Part shown: one piece after another, positions 56,412 through 64,000 of the stretch
How the letters are laid out: the number at the start of each line of letters is the position of its first letter
How positions within the stretch are numbered: position 1 is the stretch's first letter
Assembly: GCA_021735445.1 (NCBI GenBank)
Contig: JAIPHA010000001.1
Coordinates: 24,396-88,395, forward strand
Origin: Candidatus Omnitrophota bacterium
GTDB lineage: Bacteria; Omnitrophota; Gorgyraeia; Duberdicusellales; 4484-171
Reading direction: 5' to 3'
Length of the DNA: 64,000 bases
Position numbers and translations under genes: made by a program
The notes under the pieces: model-generated
Told to the model about the DNA's origin: nothing
What the model saw: the letters and a program-made list of their open reading frames with translations, nothing else
Databases searched by the model: none

Positions 56412-59150
56412 ATGGAACTTAAAGATAAAAGAACAGAGAAAGAAAGCAGTTTTAAACCGGCTTTTATTCAGATAGACTTTCAGATTACCGCTAAATGCAA
56501 CGCTAAATGTATGTTTTGCCAGTGTTGGCGGGATAGCGCTAATCTTGGCGCTAAGGATTTACCGGGAGAAAAATGGATAGAGTCTGCTCAAAAGTTAAAA
56601 GATTTTACTAATCTGGATTTGGTTTGCATTGGGGGCGGCGAACCCTTGCTTTATCCGCATCTTTTTCAGGTGTTAAAGGGGCTGCGCCGCCTGGAAATAC
56701 CTTCTGTGGTAGTCACCAACGGGAGCCTCTTTTCAGAGGAGAATTGCAAAAAAATTATTGATTCAGGGGTAGGGCATATTGATTTTTCTCTGGATTCTTT
56801 TTCTGAGAAGCATAACCGGATGCGTGGATTTCCCGGATTGTTTGAAAAGTGCTGTGAAGCGATGGATACTTTAAAAAGAATTTCTCCCAAGATAAGCCTG
56901 GGGGTATCTACTTTAATTTGCGGGGAAAATATTTCTGAATTACCTGAGTTTACTGAATGGAGTTTAGGCAATTTACCGATTGATGCTATCAATTTTCAGG
57001 CTTACAACCAGGTCGTGGATTATTCCGGCAATAATTGGTGGGAAAAATCACTTTTATGGCCAAAGAATAGAGAAACCGTAATTAGAGTAATGGATTGTCT
57101 GATAAAAAAAGGAGAAGAAGGAGCAAGGATAGCCAATAATCCCATTCAGCTGGAGAAATTTAAAAGGTATTTTCTAAATCCGGAAAGTAAACTTAATATA
57201 AAATGCCCGGCCGGAGCTTTTAATTTTTCTGTTAGCCATCAGGGTAATATAATCGGATGTATCGCAGAATCGCCGCTGGGAAATATTAAAGAGAGTAATC
57301 CTGTCGATGTATACAAGCAAAAATTCGGCAATATTAGGCAGAAAGCCAGCCAGTGCAAGGAAAACTGCCATTTTTTAATTAACTGTTATTTTCCTCTTCA
57401 TTGGAAGCGCTGGAATAGTATAGTCAAAGATATGGTAAAAGAAGGCGAGGAGGATTATAAGCCGGGTAAGGTGATTTTGCCTCCGGAGATAAAAGAAATT
57501 ACTTCTGTCCCGGTTGAGGGGTATCCGGATTTAATCAATCATAAAGACTATAGCCATTTGGATTCAATCGGAAAATATAAAGATAGCTTTGAAAACAGAA
57601 AGATGCCCTGTACTCCGGAAGGTTTGCCCCAAATTTACCTTTGCGGGGATAGTTCGGAGGTTCACCGCTGGGGAGTGGATTTAGAAGAAAATGATTTTTT
57701 TAAGCAGTTAGATAAGCTTAAACAGTTATCCCGAGAGAAGTTGGTATATCATACGGTAGTTGGAGTAAGGAGGACGAATTTTTACCGTTTAGGGAAAATA
57801 TATAATTTGATAAGAAGAGTGAAGGAAGAAAAGGAAGTTGATTTTCCCAAGTTCAACATTAAACCGTTTAAAGACGTAAAAGAACGGTTTTACCGGTATT
57901 TAACTGTGATAAATAGCTTTACAAAGAAAGAGGGAGTAGAATTCAGGATAACAGACAAGCGGTTGGATCAATTGTTAGGCATTATTGAAGAAAGCCAAAA
58001 ACAAAAAGGTTTAGAAGAAAATGATTTTTGGCGCGCTTTGGGCCCGGTATGCAAGGATGCGTTTATTGGACCGCGTTTTATTTTGCTTGATTTAGCCGGC
58101 CGTTGCAACCTTGATTGCGTCTATTGTAGAAGATTCTCTCCTTGGAATAAAGAATATTGGCGGAAGCAGCATCCGGAGCTTTCCGGGTTTATAGATTTTG
58201 AGGTTGTTAAAAATGTGCTTTTAGACGCTAAGGAGATGGGGGTAGAAACAGTGCTTTTGGTAGGAGGCGGAGAGCCGACTCTTCATCCTAAATTTAAAGA
58301 AATAATTGAGCTTATCAGCAAATTGGGAATGAAGTTTAATTTTTCCACCAACGGAGTTTTGCTGGGTTTATATAATAATTATTTAGTAGACGGCCATTGT
58401 GACAGCGTTACCGTTAGCCTTTCTTTTGCCAGCAAAAAATCATTTTCTTCTATCCGTCCGACTTCTAATAGCAAGGTTATGAAAAATATAGAAAAAAATG
58501 TAAAAAAATTAGCAAAATTAAAGGCGAGCCGAAAAGCTGCCTATCCCGGGATTATTGCTTTGTATGCTATTTGTAAATATAATTATAAAGAGATTTTAAA
58601 GATGGTAGCTCAGGCAAAAAAAATAGGCGCAGATACGATATGGTTTCAGTTGACTCATTTAGAAGATTTCAGCCGGGACAAGCTTTATATTGAAGCTAAG
58701 GAGATGGAAAAGGTAAAAGAGTTATTGAGCCGGGCAAAAGCTCTTGCTCAGAAAAAAGGATTGTCTTTTAATTCGTTTATCGAATTTGAGATGAATCATT
58801 ATGACCAAAAACGGGGCGATTGGTCTAAGAAGGGATTGTTGAAGCAAGGCTGTTTTGTCGGCTGGCATTTTTCTTTTATTCATCTAAGGCAGGAAGTTTT
58901 TATGTGCTGCGGGGCCAAAACCGTGGGTATTTTAGATAAAGGAGGAAGAGGCTTTAAAGACCTTTGGTTTTCCGATGCATATCGCCGCTACCGCAATGAC
59001 GGCCTTATAATGCATAGAGAAAATCCTCTTACCATCTATGGTAAACCTTTGTATGAAAAATATTGTGATTCCTGTGACAACCATGACCAAAATACGAAAA
59101 TGTTAAAGTTGATAAAAAAATATAAGTTAGCTGAATTTGTGCAGCGGTGA
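56412..59150 (+). CDS. Double radical SAM/SPASM polyprotein
   Basis: CNAKCMFC + GGGEP + C..C..C.ENC..C; CNLDCVYC + GGGEP + CFVGW..CC..CDSCD. Preceded by GAGGAG. Confidence 0.9.
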   Translation: MELKDKRTEKESSFKPAFIQIDFQITAKCNAKCMFCQCWRDSANLGAKDLPGEKWIESAQKLKDFTNLDLVCIGGGEPLLYPHLFQVLKGLRRLEIPSVVVTNGSLFSEENCKKIIDSGVGHIDFSLDSFSEKHNRMRGFPGLFEKCCEAMDTLKRISPKISLGVSTLICGENISELPEFTEWSLGNLPIDAINFQAYNQVVDYSGNNWWEKSLLWPKNRETVIRVMDCLIKKGEEGARIANNPIQLEKFKRYFLNPESKLNIKCPAGAFNFSVSHQGNIIGCIAESPLGNIKESNPVDVYKQKFGNIRQKASQCKENCHFLINCYFPLHWKRWNSIVKDMVKEGEEDYKPGKVILPPEIKEITSVPVEGYPDLINHKDYSHLDSIGKYKDSFENRKMPCTPEGLPQIYLCGDSSEVHRWGVDLEENDFFKQLDKLKQLSREKLVYHTVVGVRRTNFYRLGKIYNLIRRVKEEKEVDFPKFNIKPFKDVKERFYRYLTVINSFTKKEGVEFRITDKRLDQLLGIIEESQKQKGLEENDFWRALGPVCKDAFIGPRFILLDLAGRCNLDCVYCRRFSPWNKEYWRKQHPELSGFIDFEVVKNVLLDAKEMGVETVLLVGGGEPTLHPKFKEIIELISKLGMKFNFSTNGVLLGLYNNYLVDGHCDSVTVSLSFASKKSFSSIRPTSNSKVMKNIEKNVKKLAKLKASRKAAYPGIIALYAICKYNYKEILKMVAQAKKIGADTIWFQLTHLEDFSRDKLYIEAKEMEKVKELLSRAKALAQKKGLSFNSFIEFEMNHYDQKRGDWSKKGLLKQGCFVGWHFSFIHLRQEVFMCCGAKTVGILDKGGRGFKDLWFSDAYRRYRNDGLIMHRENPLTIYGKPLYEKYCDSCDNHDQNTKMLKLIKKYKLAEFVQR
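57680..58029 (+). repeat. 20-nt exact direct repeat TTTAGAAGAAAATGATTTTT (57680-57699 and 58010-58029)
   Basis: Read directly from the sequence; in frame, encoding LEENDF twice. Confidence 0.7.
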
Positions 59151-59159
59151 TAAACAATT

Positions 59160-60617
59160 ATGGCAGTTAACAATGATCCAGCTAGAAAAGTTTTGATAGC
59201 GGTATGCCCGATGTGGGACATAAGATGGCCGCCTCTGGGGTTAAGCTATTTGGCTTCTTATCTTGAGAGCCAGGGTATTGCCGTTGATATTTTAGATATA
59301 AATATAGATGTTTATTCAAATTCGTCCACCGAGCGAAAAGAACTTTGGAGGATGGAGAGTTATAATCATTGGTTTTTTGAAGATAAATTCGAACGATTGG
59401 CTTTTCAGGATCAGATAGACCAATATGCGCAAAACATTTTAGATAAGGGTTATCAAGTAGTAGGTTTTTCTTTATATGCGGCTAATATTTTATTTTCGGT
59501 TAAACTGGCTACTATTTTAAAAAAAGCAAACCCCGAGCTATTCATTATCTTCGGCGGGCCGGCTTGCTGGTTCCTTCACGACCATCCTAAGATGCCTATC
59601 CAATATATGGTTTCACCTAAAACCAGCGAATCCTTCATTGAACCCGGCGTGGTAGATGTTTTTGTAAGAGGAGAAGGGGAAGAGGCGGCTAAAAGGGTAA
59701 TACTATCACATTTTAATAGTTATAAAGACAAGGTTCCCGGCACAGTAGTTTATTCGCAAGGAAGATATATTATCCAGGAGCCGCCGCAGCGGATAAATGA
59801 CTTAGATAAATTACCCTATCCGGATTGGGAAAGGGTTTCCCTGGACCTCTACCGGGAAGAGATAGGGGTGCCGATATTATTTAGCAGGGGGTGTGTTAAC
59901 AGATGCGCTTTTTGTATTGATTGGAAAATCTGGCAGAAAAAATACCGGGTTAGGTCCGCCGAAAATATTTTTCAGGAAATGAGGGAAGTAGTAGAAAAAT
60001 ATAAGGTGAATGTATTTGTATCCAATGATTTATTGTTTAACGCAAGATTAGATGTATTGGAAGATTTAGCCGGCTTTATTATAAATTCGGGATTAAAGAT
60101 ATCCTGGAATGTCCAGGGGTTGATAAGGGCGGACATGGGGTTTCCTTTATTAAGAAAAATGCGGGTAAGCGGCCTTGAGAGGGTGACTTATGGAGTTGAG
60201 AGTTTATCTGACAAAGTGCTTAAAGATATGGGGAAGCCGTATAATTTTTCCGATATTCAAAAGGTATTAAGAAACAGCAAAAAAGCCGGAATTGTTACCG
60301 CTTTTAACCTTATTGTGGGTTTTCCGACAGAAAGTGAAAAGGATTTTATCCAAACAAAAGAAAGGCTGGCTTTGATAAAAGATGATGTTGACATGATAGC
60401 CGGATTACAGGGTTGCGGCTTAAAAGACGGTTCTGATATATATATGCATCCTGAAAAATATTCTATTTTACCGGAGCTAAAAAATGATTTTTGGAAAAGC
60501 CTGAGAGGGAATAATAATTTAGAAGTCAGACAAAGAAGGATTAATGAGTTGTCTGATTTTGCTCAAAAATTAGGTTTAAAGATTGAATTTAAAGGGATTC
60601 CCGCTCCAAGCAGTTAA
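59160..60617 (+). CDS. B12-binding radical SAM protein
   Basis: PMW...PPLGLSYL, GGP, GEGE, SRGCVNRCAFC, GVES. Confidence 0.93.
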   Translation: MAVNNDPARKVLIAVCPMWDIRWPPLGLSYLASYLESQGIAVDILDINIDVYSNSSTERKELWRMESYNHWFFEDKFERLAFQDQIDQYAQNILDKGYQVVGFSLYAANILFSVKLATILKKANPELFIIFGGPACWFLHDHPKMPIQYMVSPKTSESFIEPGVVDVFVRGEGEEAAKRVILSHFNSYKDKVPGTVVYSQGRYIIQEPPQRINDLDKLPYPDWERVSLDLYREEIGVPILFSRGCVNRCAFCIDWKIWQKKYRVRSAENIFQEMREVVEKYKVNVFVSNDLLFNARLDVLEDLAGFIINSGLKISWNVQGLIRADMGFPLLRKMRVSGLERVTYGVESLSDKVLKDMGKPYNFSDIQKVLRNSKKAGIVTAFNLIVGFPTESEKDFIQTKERLALIKDDVDMIAGLQGCGLKDGSDIYMHPEKYSILPELKNDFWKSLRGNNNLEVRQRRINELSDFAQKLGLKIEFKGIPAPSS

Positions 60618-60629
60618 AATGGTTTATCT

Positions 60630-63600
60630 ATGAAAACAGAAAAAAAATCTTTTCCCAGATATTTATCTATTCAAACCACTTCTTTATGTAATGCTTCTTG
60701 CCTGTTTTGCCCTTACGATGAGGTGAAGAGTTTATTCCCGGCTAAAGTTATGGAGCCCGGCCTCTATAAAAAAATAATAGATGAATCGAGCGAGCATAAG
60801 GAAATAGAAAGAATTATACTGTATATGAACAACGAGCCTTTAACTGATCCGGATATTATAGGAAGGATTAATTATGCAAAAGAAAAGTTGCCTGGGGCAA
60901 GCGTGCATCTTTTGACTAACGGAACGTTGCTTGATGAGAGGATGGCGGATCAGCTTATAAAATCCCGGCTGGATTGGCTGGGGATTAGCTTTCATGGAAT
61001 AAGGAAAGAAACAATTGAAAAAACAATGGGGATTTCTTATGATTTAGCCTTTAGCCGGATTAATAAATTTATCGAAAAGGTTAAAAAAAGTAAAAAATTA
61101 AAAGAATACTTGATGGTTACTTTGATAAAGCATAAATATTTAAGCGAAGAGGAAAAAAATCAGGCGATAAAATTTTGGAAAAGGAAGGGAATAGAAAGAA
61201 TATCTTATTTTAAAAGGCCAATTTCGCGGGCAGGCAACATTAAGAGGTTACCTAAAGTATACAACCAAGGCAAGATTACCGGTTGTAAATCTATCTGGGC
61301 CGATGAAATGCTGCATGTTGTAGAAGACGGGAAAGTGGTTTTGTGTTGTATGGACTGGAAGAGGGAAGTTGTTTTGGGAGACCTTAACAATCAGACGGTT
61401 AAAGAAGTATGGCAGGGCAGAAGAAAAAAAACATGGGAGATGATTCAGAGGCAAAGCCAAATGCCGGCTGACTTTTTGTGCAGGAGGTGCGAGGAAGCGG
61501 TTGTTGAGGAGCCGGCAAATGTTTTACTGGTGAACCTTCCTCCCTGGGGTGTAGATAACCCACCTTTGGCGGTAGCTTGCCTGGGTGGCTATCTCCAGGC
61601 AAAAAATATCGAAGTTGATATTTTCGATATGAATATAGAACTTTTCAATAATAGCCCTGCCAAAGATAGGCATCTTTGGAGCATGAACTATTCTCATCTT
61701 TGGCGGCAGAAAAAAGATTATGAAAAGATACGGAGATTGCTGGATAGCCAAATTAATTATTTAATTGAAAAAGTTATAAATTCTGATAAAAAAATAGTTG
61801 GTTTTTCTCTGCCGACTAATTGCTCGCTTTTTATCCTGAGAGAGATAACAGAAAAGCTTAAAAATAGCGGCAGCAAAAAGATAATTATTGCCGGGGGAGG
61901 GTCGGTTTCGATAAAAGAACAAAGAGAAGAACTACACCATATAGCCGGACAATTTATAGATTACTATGTTGCCGGTGAAGGAGAGGAGGTTCTTTATAAA
62001 ATTATTGAATGCCTGAATCAAAAAAACCCAGCTGGTATAGAAAGTTTAGAGGGGGTATTTACAAAAGGAAAAAATAAGGAGTCCGGCTTAGCCCAGATAA
62101 AGGATTTAAATTCTTTGCCTTATCCTTCTTTTGATAAGTTGGATTTAAAAAATTACCAAGCGCCGGAAAGTTTGCCGATGGAGTTTTCCCGGGGGTGTGT
62201 GGGCAGGTGTACTTATTGCGCTTTTAAAACGGTTTCGCCTCTTTTTAGAATAAAATCAGCTTCTTACTTATTTCATCAAATCAGGTCTCACCAGCAAAAA
62301 TACGGAATGAAGCATGTGAGTTTTTCTGATGCTGCGATTAATGGTAATCCGGCTGTTTTAGGGGAGTTGTGCGATTTGTTAATTAAAGAAAAAGTAGAGG
62401 TGAAGATGTCGGCTTTGGCGATCCCCCGCCCAGAGATGACTTTGGTTTTTTTAAAAAAAATGGGCCGGGCCGGATTTTACCGCCTGGAGTATGGAGCAGA
62501 AAGCGGCTCCGATAAAGTTTTAGGCCTTATGCGCAAAATTTTTACGGTTAAGTCCGCCCAACAGGTAATAGAAGATTCGTCGAAGGCGGGAATCAAAGTT
62601 TACCTTTATTTTATTGTAGGGTATCCGGGCGAATCAAAAGAAGACTTTTTAAAGACTAAAAAATTTTTGAAAAAAGTTGCTCCTTTTGTAACTATGATTA
62701 AATCAATCAACCCTCTTTTTGTTATGGCCGGTTCGGAGTTATCTTGTTTGCCTGAAAAATACGGCATTAATTTCGGCGAAAAAAACCGGGATATTAATTG
62801 GTTTACCAAGGATAATACTATTGATATCAGGAAAAGACGGGTTGAGGAGTTAAAGAATTATGCAAGGCAAATAAGAATCCCTTTTACCGAAGAAGGTGAG
62901 CATTTGGAATTTACCGGATTTTTTCCTGCAAAAAGGTGTGAAATTTTATTTCTTAACTTACCTCCCTGGGCTCAGGATAATCCTCATATCGGGGTAGGAT
63001 ACCTTTGTTCATATTTGCGTAAGCGGGGTGTTTTTCCTAGGGTGATTGACTTAAACAAGAGGTTTTTTCTAAATTATCCCGAATATAAAATGCTCTGGCA
63101 TGTGGAAAATAAAAATTTCTGGTCTAATCCAGACACTTATCCTTTAGTTGCGGATATATTTAAAGAGGGGATGAATCAGGCTATCTCTGAGGTTGTTAAG
63201 GTAAATCCCCTATTGGTAGGAATTTCTGTGGTGGACCCTAAGGAAAGGTTGGCTATAGATTTTATTAAACGGATAAAAAGGCGGCTTCCGGACAGTAAAA
63301 TAATATTGGGCGGGCCGGCTGTTTCTACCGCCAAGCAACGACAAATTTTTTTAGATCAAGCCGGCAGAGATATTGATTTGTTTGTTATCGGAGAAGGGGA
63401 AGAACGGTGCTATACAGCTGTAAACAGAGCAAAAGAGAAAAAAAGTTTAGCGAAAATAAACGGAACTATAGTTAAGACAGCAGACGGCTGGGAAGAAACT
63501 TTTCTTAAACCAAGCAAAACTATCGCGCAGATTCCGTTTCCTACTTACCAAGAGTTTGATATGGAAAGTTACGGAAAATCTCTCTTGGTAGAGTGGTCAA

Positions 63601-64000
63601 GGGGCTGCCATAACCGTTGTTCATTTTGTAAAAATTGGCGCCTTTTTCCTTTTTACCGGCCTAAGGCGCCGGAGAAAGTCCTGGATGAGTTAAAATACCA
63701 GATTAATATCTACGGGATAAGAAAATTTACGGTAGTGGATTCTATCTTAAATGGAGACCCTGATAAGCTTTATCAAGTTTGTTCTTTGATTATTGATAAT
63801 GATTTGGATATAGATTGGAGTGGCCAGATAGCGCCCAGTGAAAAAATGAGTTATAGCTTTTTTAAACATATGCGTCAGTCTGGGTGCCGGCAGCTACAGA
63901 TTGGGGTTGAAAGCGCAGATAACAGAGTGTTAAAAAAGATGCGTAAAAGTTATACGGCCGAAATGAGCCAAAAGGCGGTACGAAACGCCAAAAGAGCGGG
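60630..64000 (+). CDS. Hybrid multi-rSAM polyprotein (SPASM-type rSAM + two B12-binding rSAM modules), 3'-truncated; absent from the ORF track
   Basis: Manual translation from ATG 60630: MKTEKKSFPRYLSIQTTSLCNASCLFCPY..NNEP..DGKVVLCCMD..CRRC. In the same frame: LLVNLPPWGVDNPPL (~61520), SRGCVGRCTYC (~62190), LFLNLPPWAQDNPH (~62945), SRGCHNRCSFC (~63600). Confidence 0.9.
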   Translation, partial: MKTEKKSFPRYLSIQTTSLCNASCLFCPYDEVKSLFPAKVMEPGLYKKIIDESSEHKEIERIILYMNNEPLTDPDIIGRINYAKEKLPGASVHLLTNGTLLDERMADQLIKSRLDWLGISFHGIRKETIEKTMGISYDLAFSRINKFIEKVKKSKKLKEYLMVTLIKHKYLSEEEKNQAIKFWKRKGIERISYFKRPISRAGNIKRLPKVYNQGKITGCKSIWADEMLHVVEDGKVVLCCMDWKREVVLGDLNNQTVKEVWQGRRKKTWEMIQRQSQMPADFLCRRCEEAVVEEPANVLLVNLPPWGVDNPPLAVACLGGYLQAKNIEVDIFDMNIELFNNSPAKDRHLWSMNYSHLWRQKKDYEKIRRLLDSQINYLIEKVINSDKKIVGFSLPTNCSLFILREITEKLKNSGSKKIIIAGGGSVSIKEQREELHHIAGQFIDYYVAGEGEEVLYKIIECLNQKNPAGIESLEGVFTKGKNKESGLAQIKDLNSLPYPSFDKLDLKNYQAPESLPMEFSRGCVGRCTYCAFKTVSPLFRIKSASYLFHQIRSHQQKYGMKHVSFSDAAINGNPAVLGELCDLLIKEKVEVKMSALAIPRPEMTLVFLKKMGRAGFYRLEYGAESGSDKVLGLMRKIFTVKSAQQVIEDSSKAGIKVYLYFIVGYPGESKEDFLKTKKFLKKVAPFVTMIKSINPLFVMAGSELSCLPEKYGINFGEKNRDINWFTKDNTIDIRKRRVEELKNYARQIRIPFTEEGEHLEFTGFFPAKRCEILFLNLPPWAQDNPHIGVGYLCSYLRKRGVFPRVIDLNKRFFLNYPEYKMLWHVENKNFWSNPDTYPLVADIFKEGMNQAISEVVKVNPLLVGISVVDPKERLAIDFIKRIKRRLPDSKIILGGPAVSTAKQRQIFLDQAGRDIDLFVIGEGEERCYTAVNRAKEKKSLAKINGTIVKTADGWEETFLKPSKTIAQIPFPTYQEFDMESYGKSLLVEWSRGCHNRCSFCKNWRLFPFYRPKAPEKVLDELKYQINIYGIRKFTVVDSILNGDPDKLYQVCSLIIDNDLDIDWSGQIAPSEKMSYSFFKHMRQSGCRQLQIGVESADNRVLKKMRKSYTAEMSQKAVRNAKRA

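Noticed and set aside
2374-62809. About 45 short alternative-frame or antisense ORFs in the track (e.g. 24697..25095, 45793..46206, 47471..47893, 48045..48521, 61205..61751)
   Set aside because: They lie within or overlap longer motif-supported genes and have no recognisable motifs. Those beyond 60630 are shadows of the unlisted polyprotein.
751-64000. RiPP cluster interpretation of the many rSAM/SPASM genes
   Set aside because: No precursor peptide, PqqD/RRE domain or peptidase exporter is evident; the context and the CBM-like fusion point to carbohydrates.
1-64000. Poly-A/T tracts (8-9 nt) as phase-variation sites; CRISPR, tRNA, rRNA or IS elements
   Set aside because: The tracts are ubiquitous Lys/Phe codon runs with intact frames. 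No spacer arrays, RNA-gene signatures or transposase motifs were seen, and intergenic space is minimal.

Overview
AT-rich, gene-dense bacterial DNA. The whole window is one very large cell-surface glycan or glycolipid biosynthesis locus in three transcriptional blocks: + strand <1-36326, - strand 45538-36334, and + strand 45713->64000. It encodes GT9, GT2 and GT4 enzymes, five GT-C-type membrane glycosyltransferases, a priming phosphoglycosyl transferase, a Wzx flippase and a Wzm/Wzt ABC exporter. It also encodes three DegT-type and one class III aminotransferase, a split transketolase, and an apparently foreign MBOAT/ICL-family lyase/adenylating enzyme/carrier protein cassette. The radical SAM (rSAM) load is exceptional: I count 15 genes and 20 CxxxCxxC domains, 6 of them with B12-binding domains. 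Three genes encode multi-rSAM polyproteins; one of these (60630->64000) is missing from the ORF track because it runs off the window. The strongest candidate for a new system is an unannotated ~210-230 aa beta-rich domain present in six copies: four in the Wzt ATPase tail, one at the N-terminus of the next B12-rSAM, and one at the C-terminus of the divergently transcribed GT-C. This links export, radical tailoring and transfer. I found no RNA genes, CRISPR arrays or mobile elements. All calls come from reading motifs by eye; no database searches were run.
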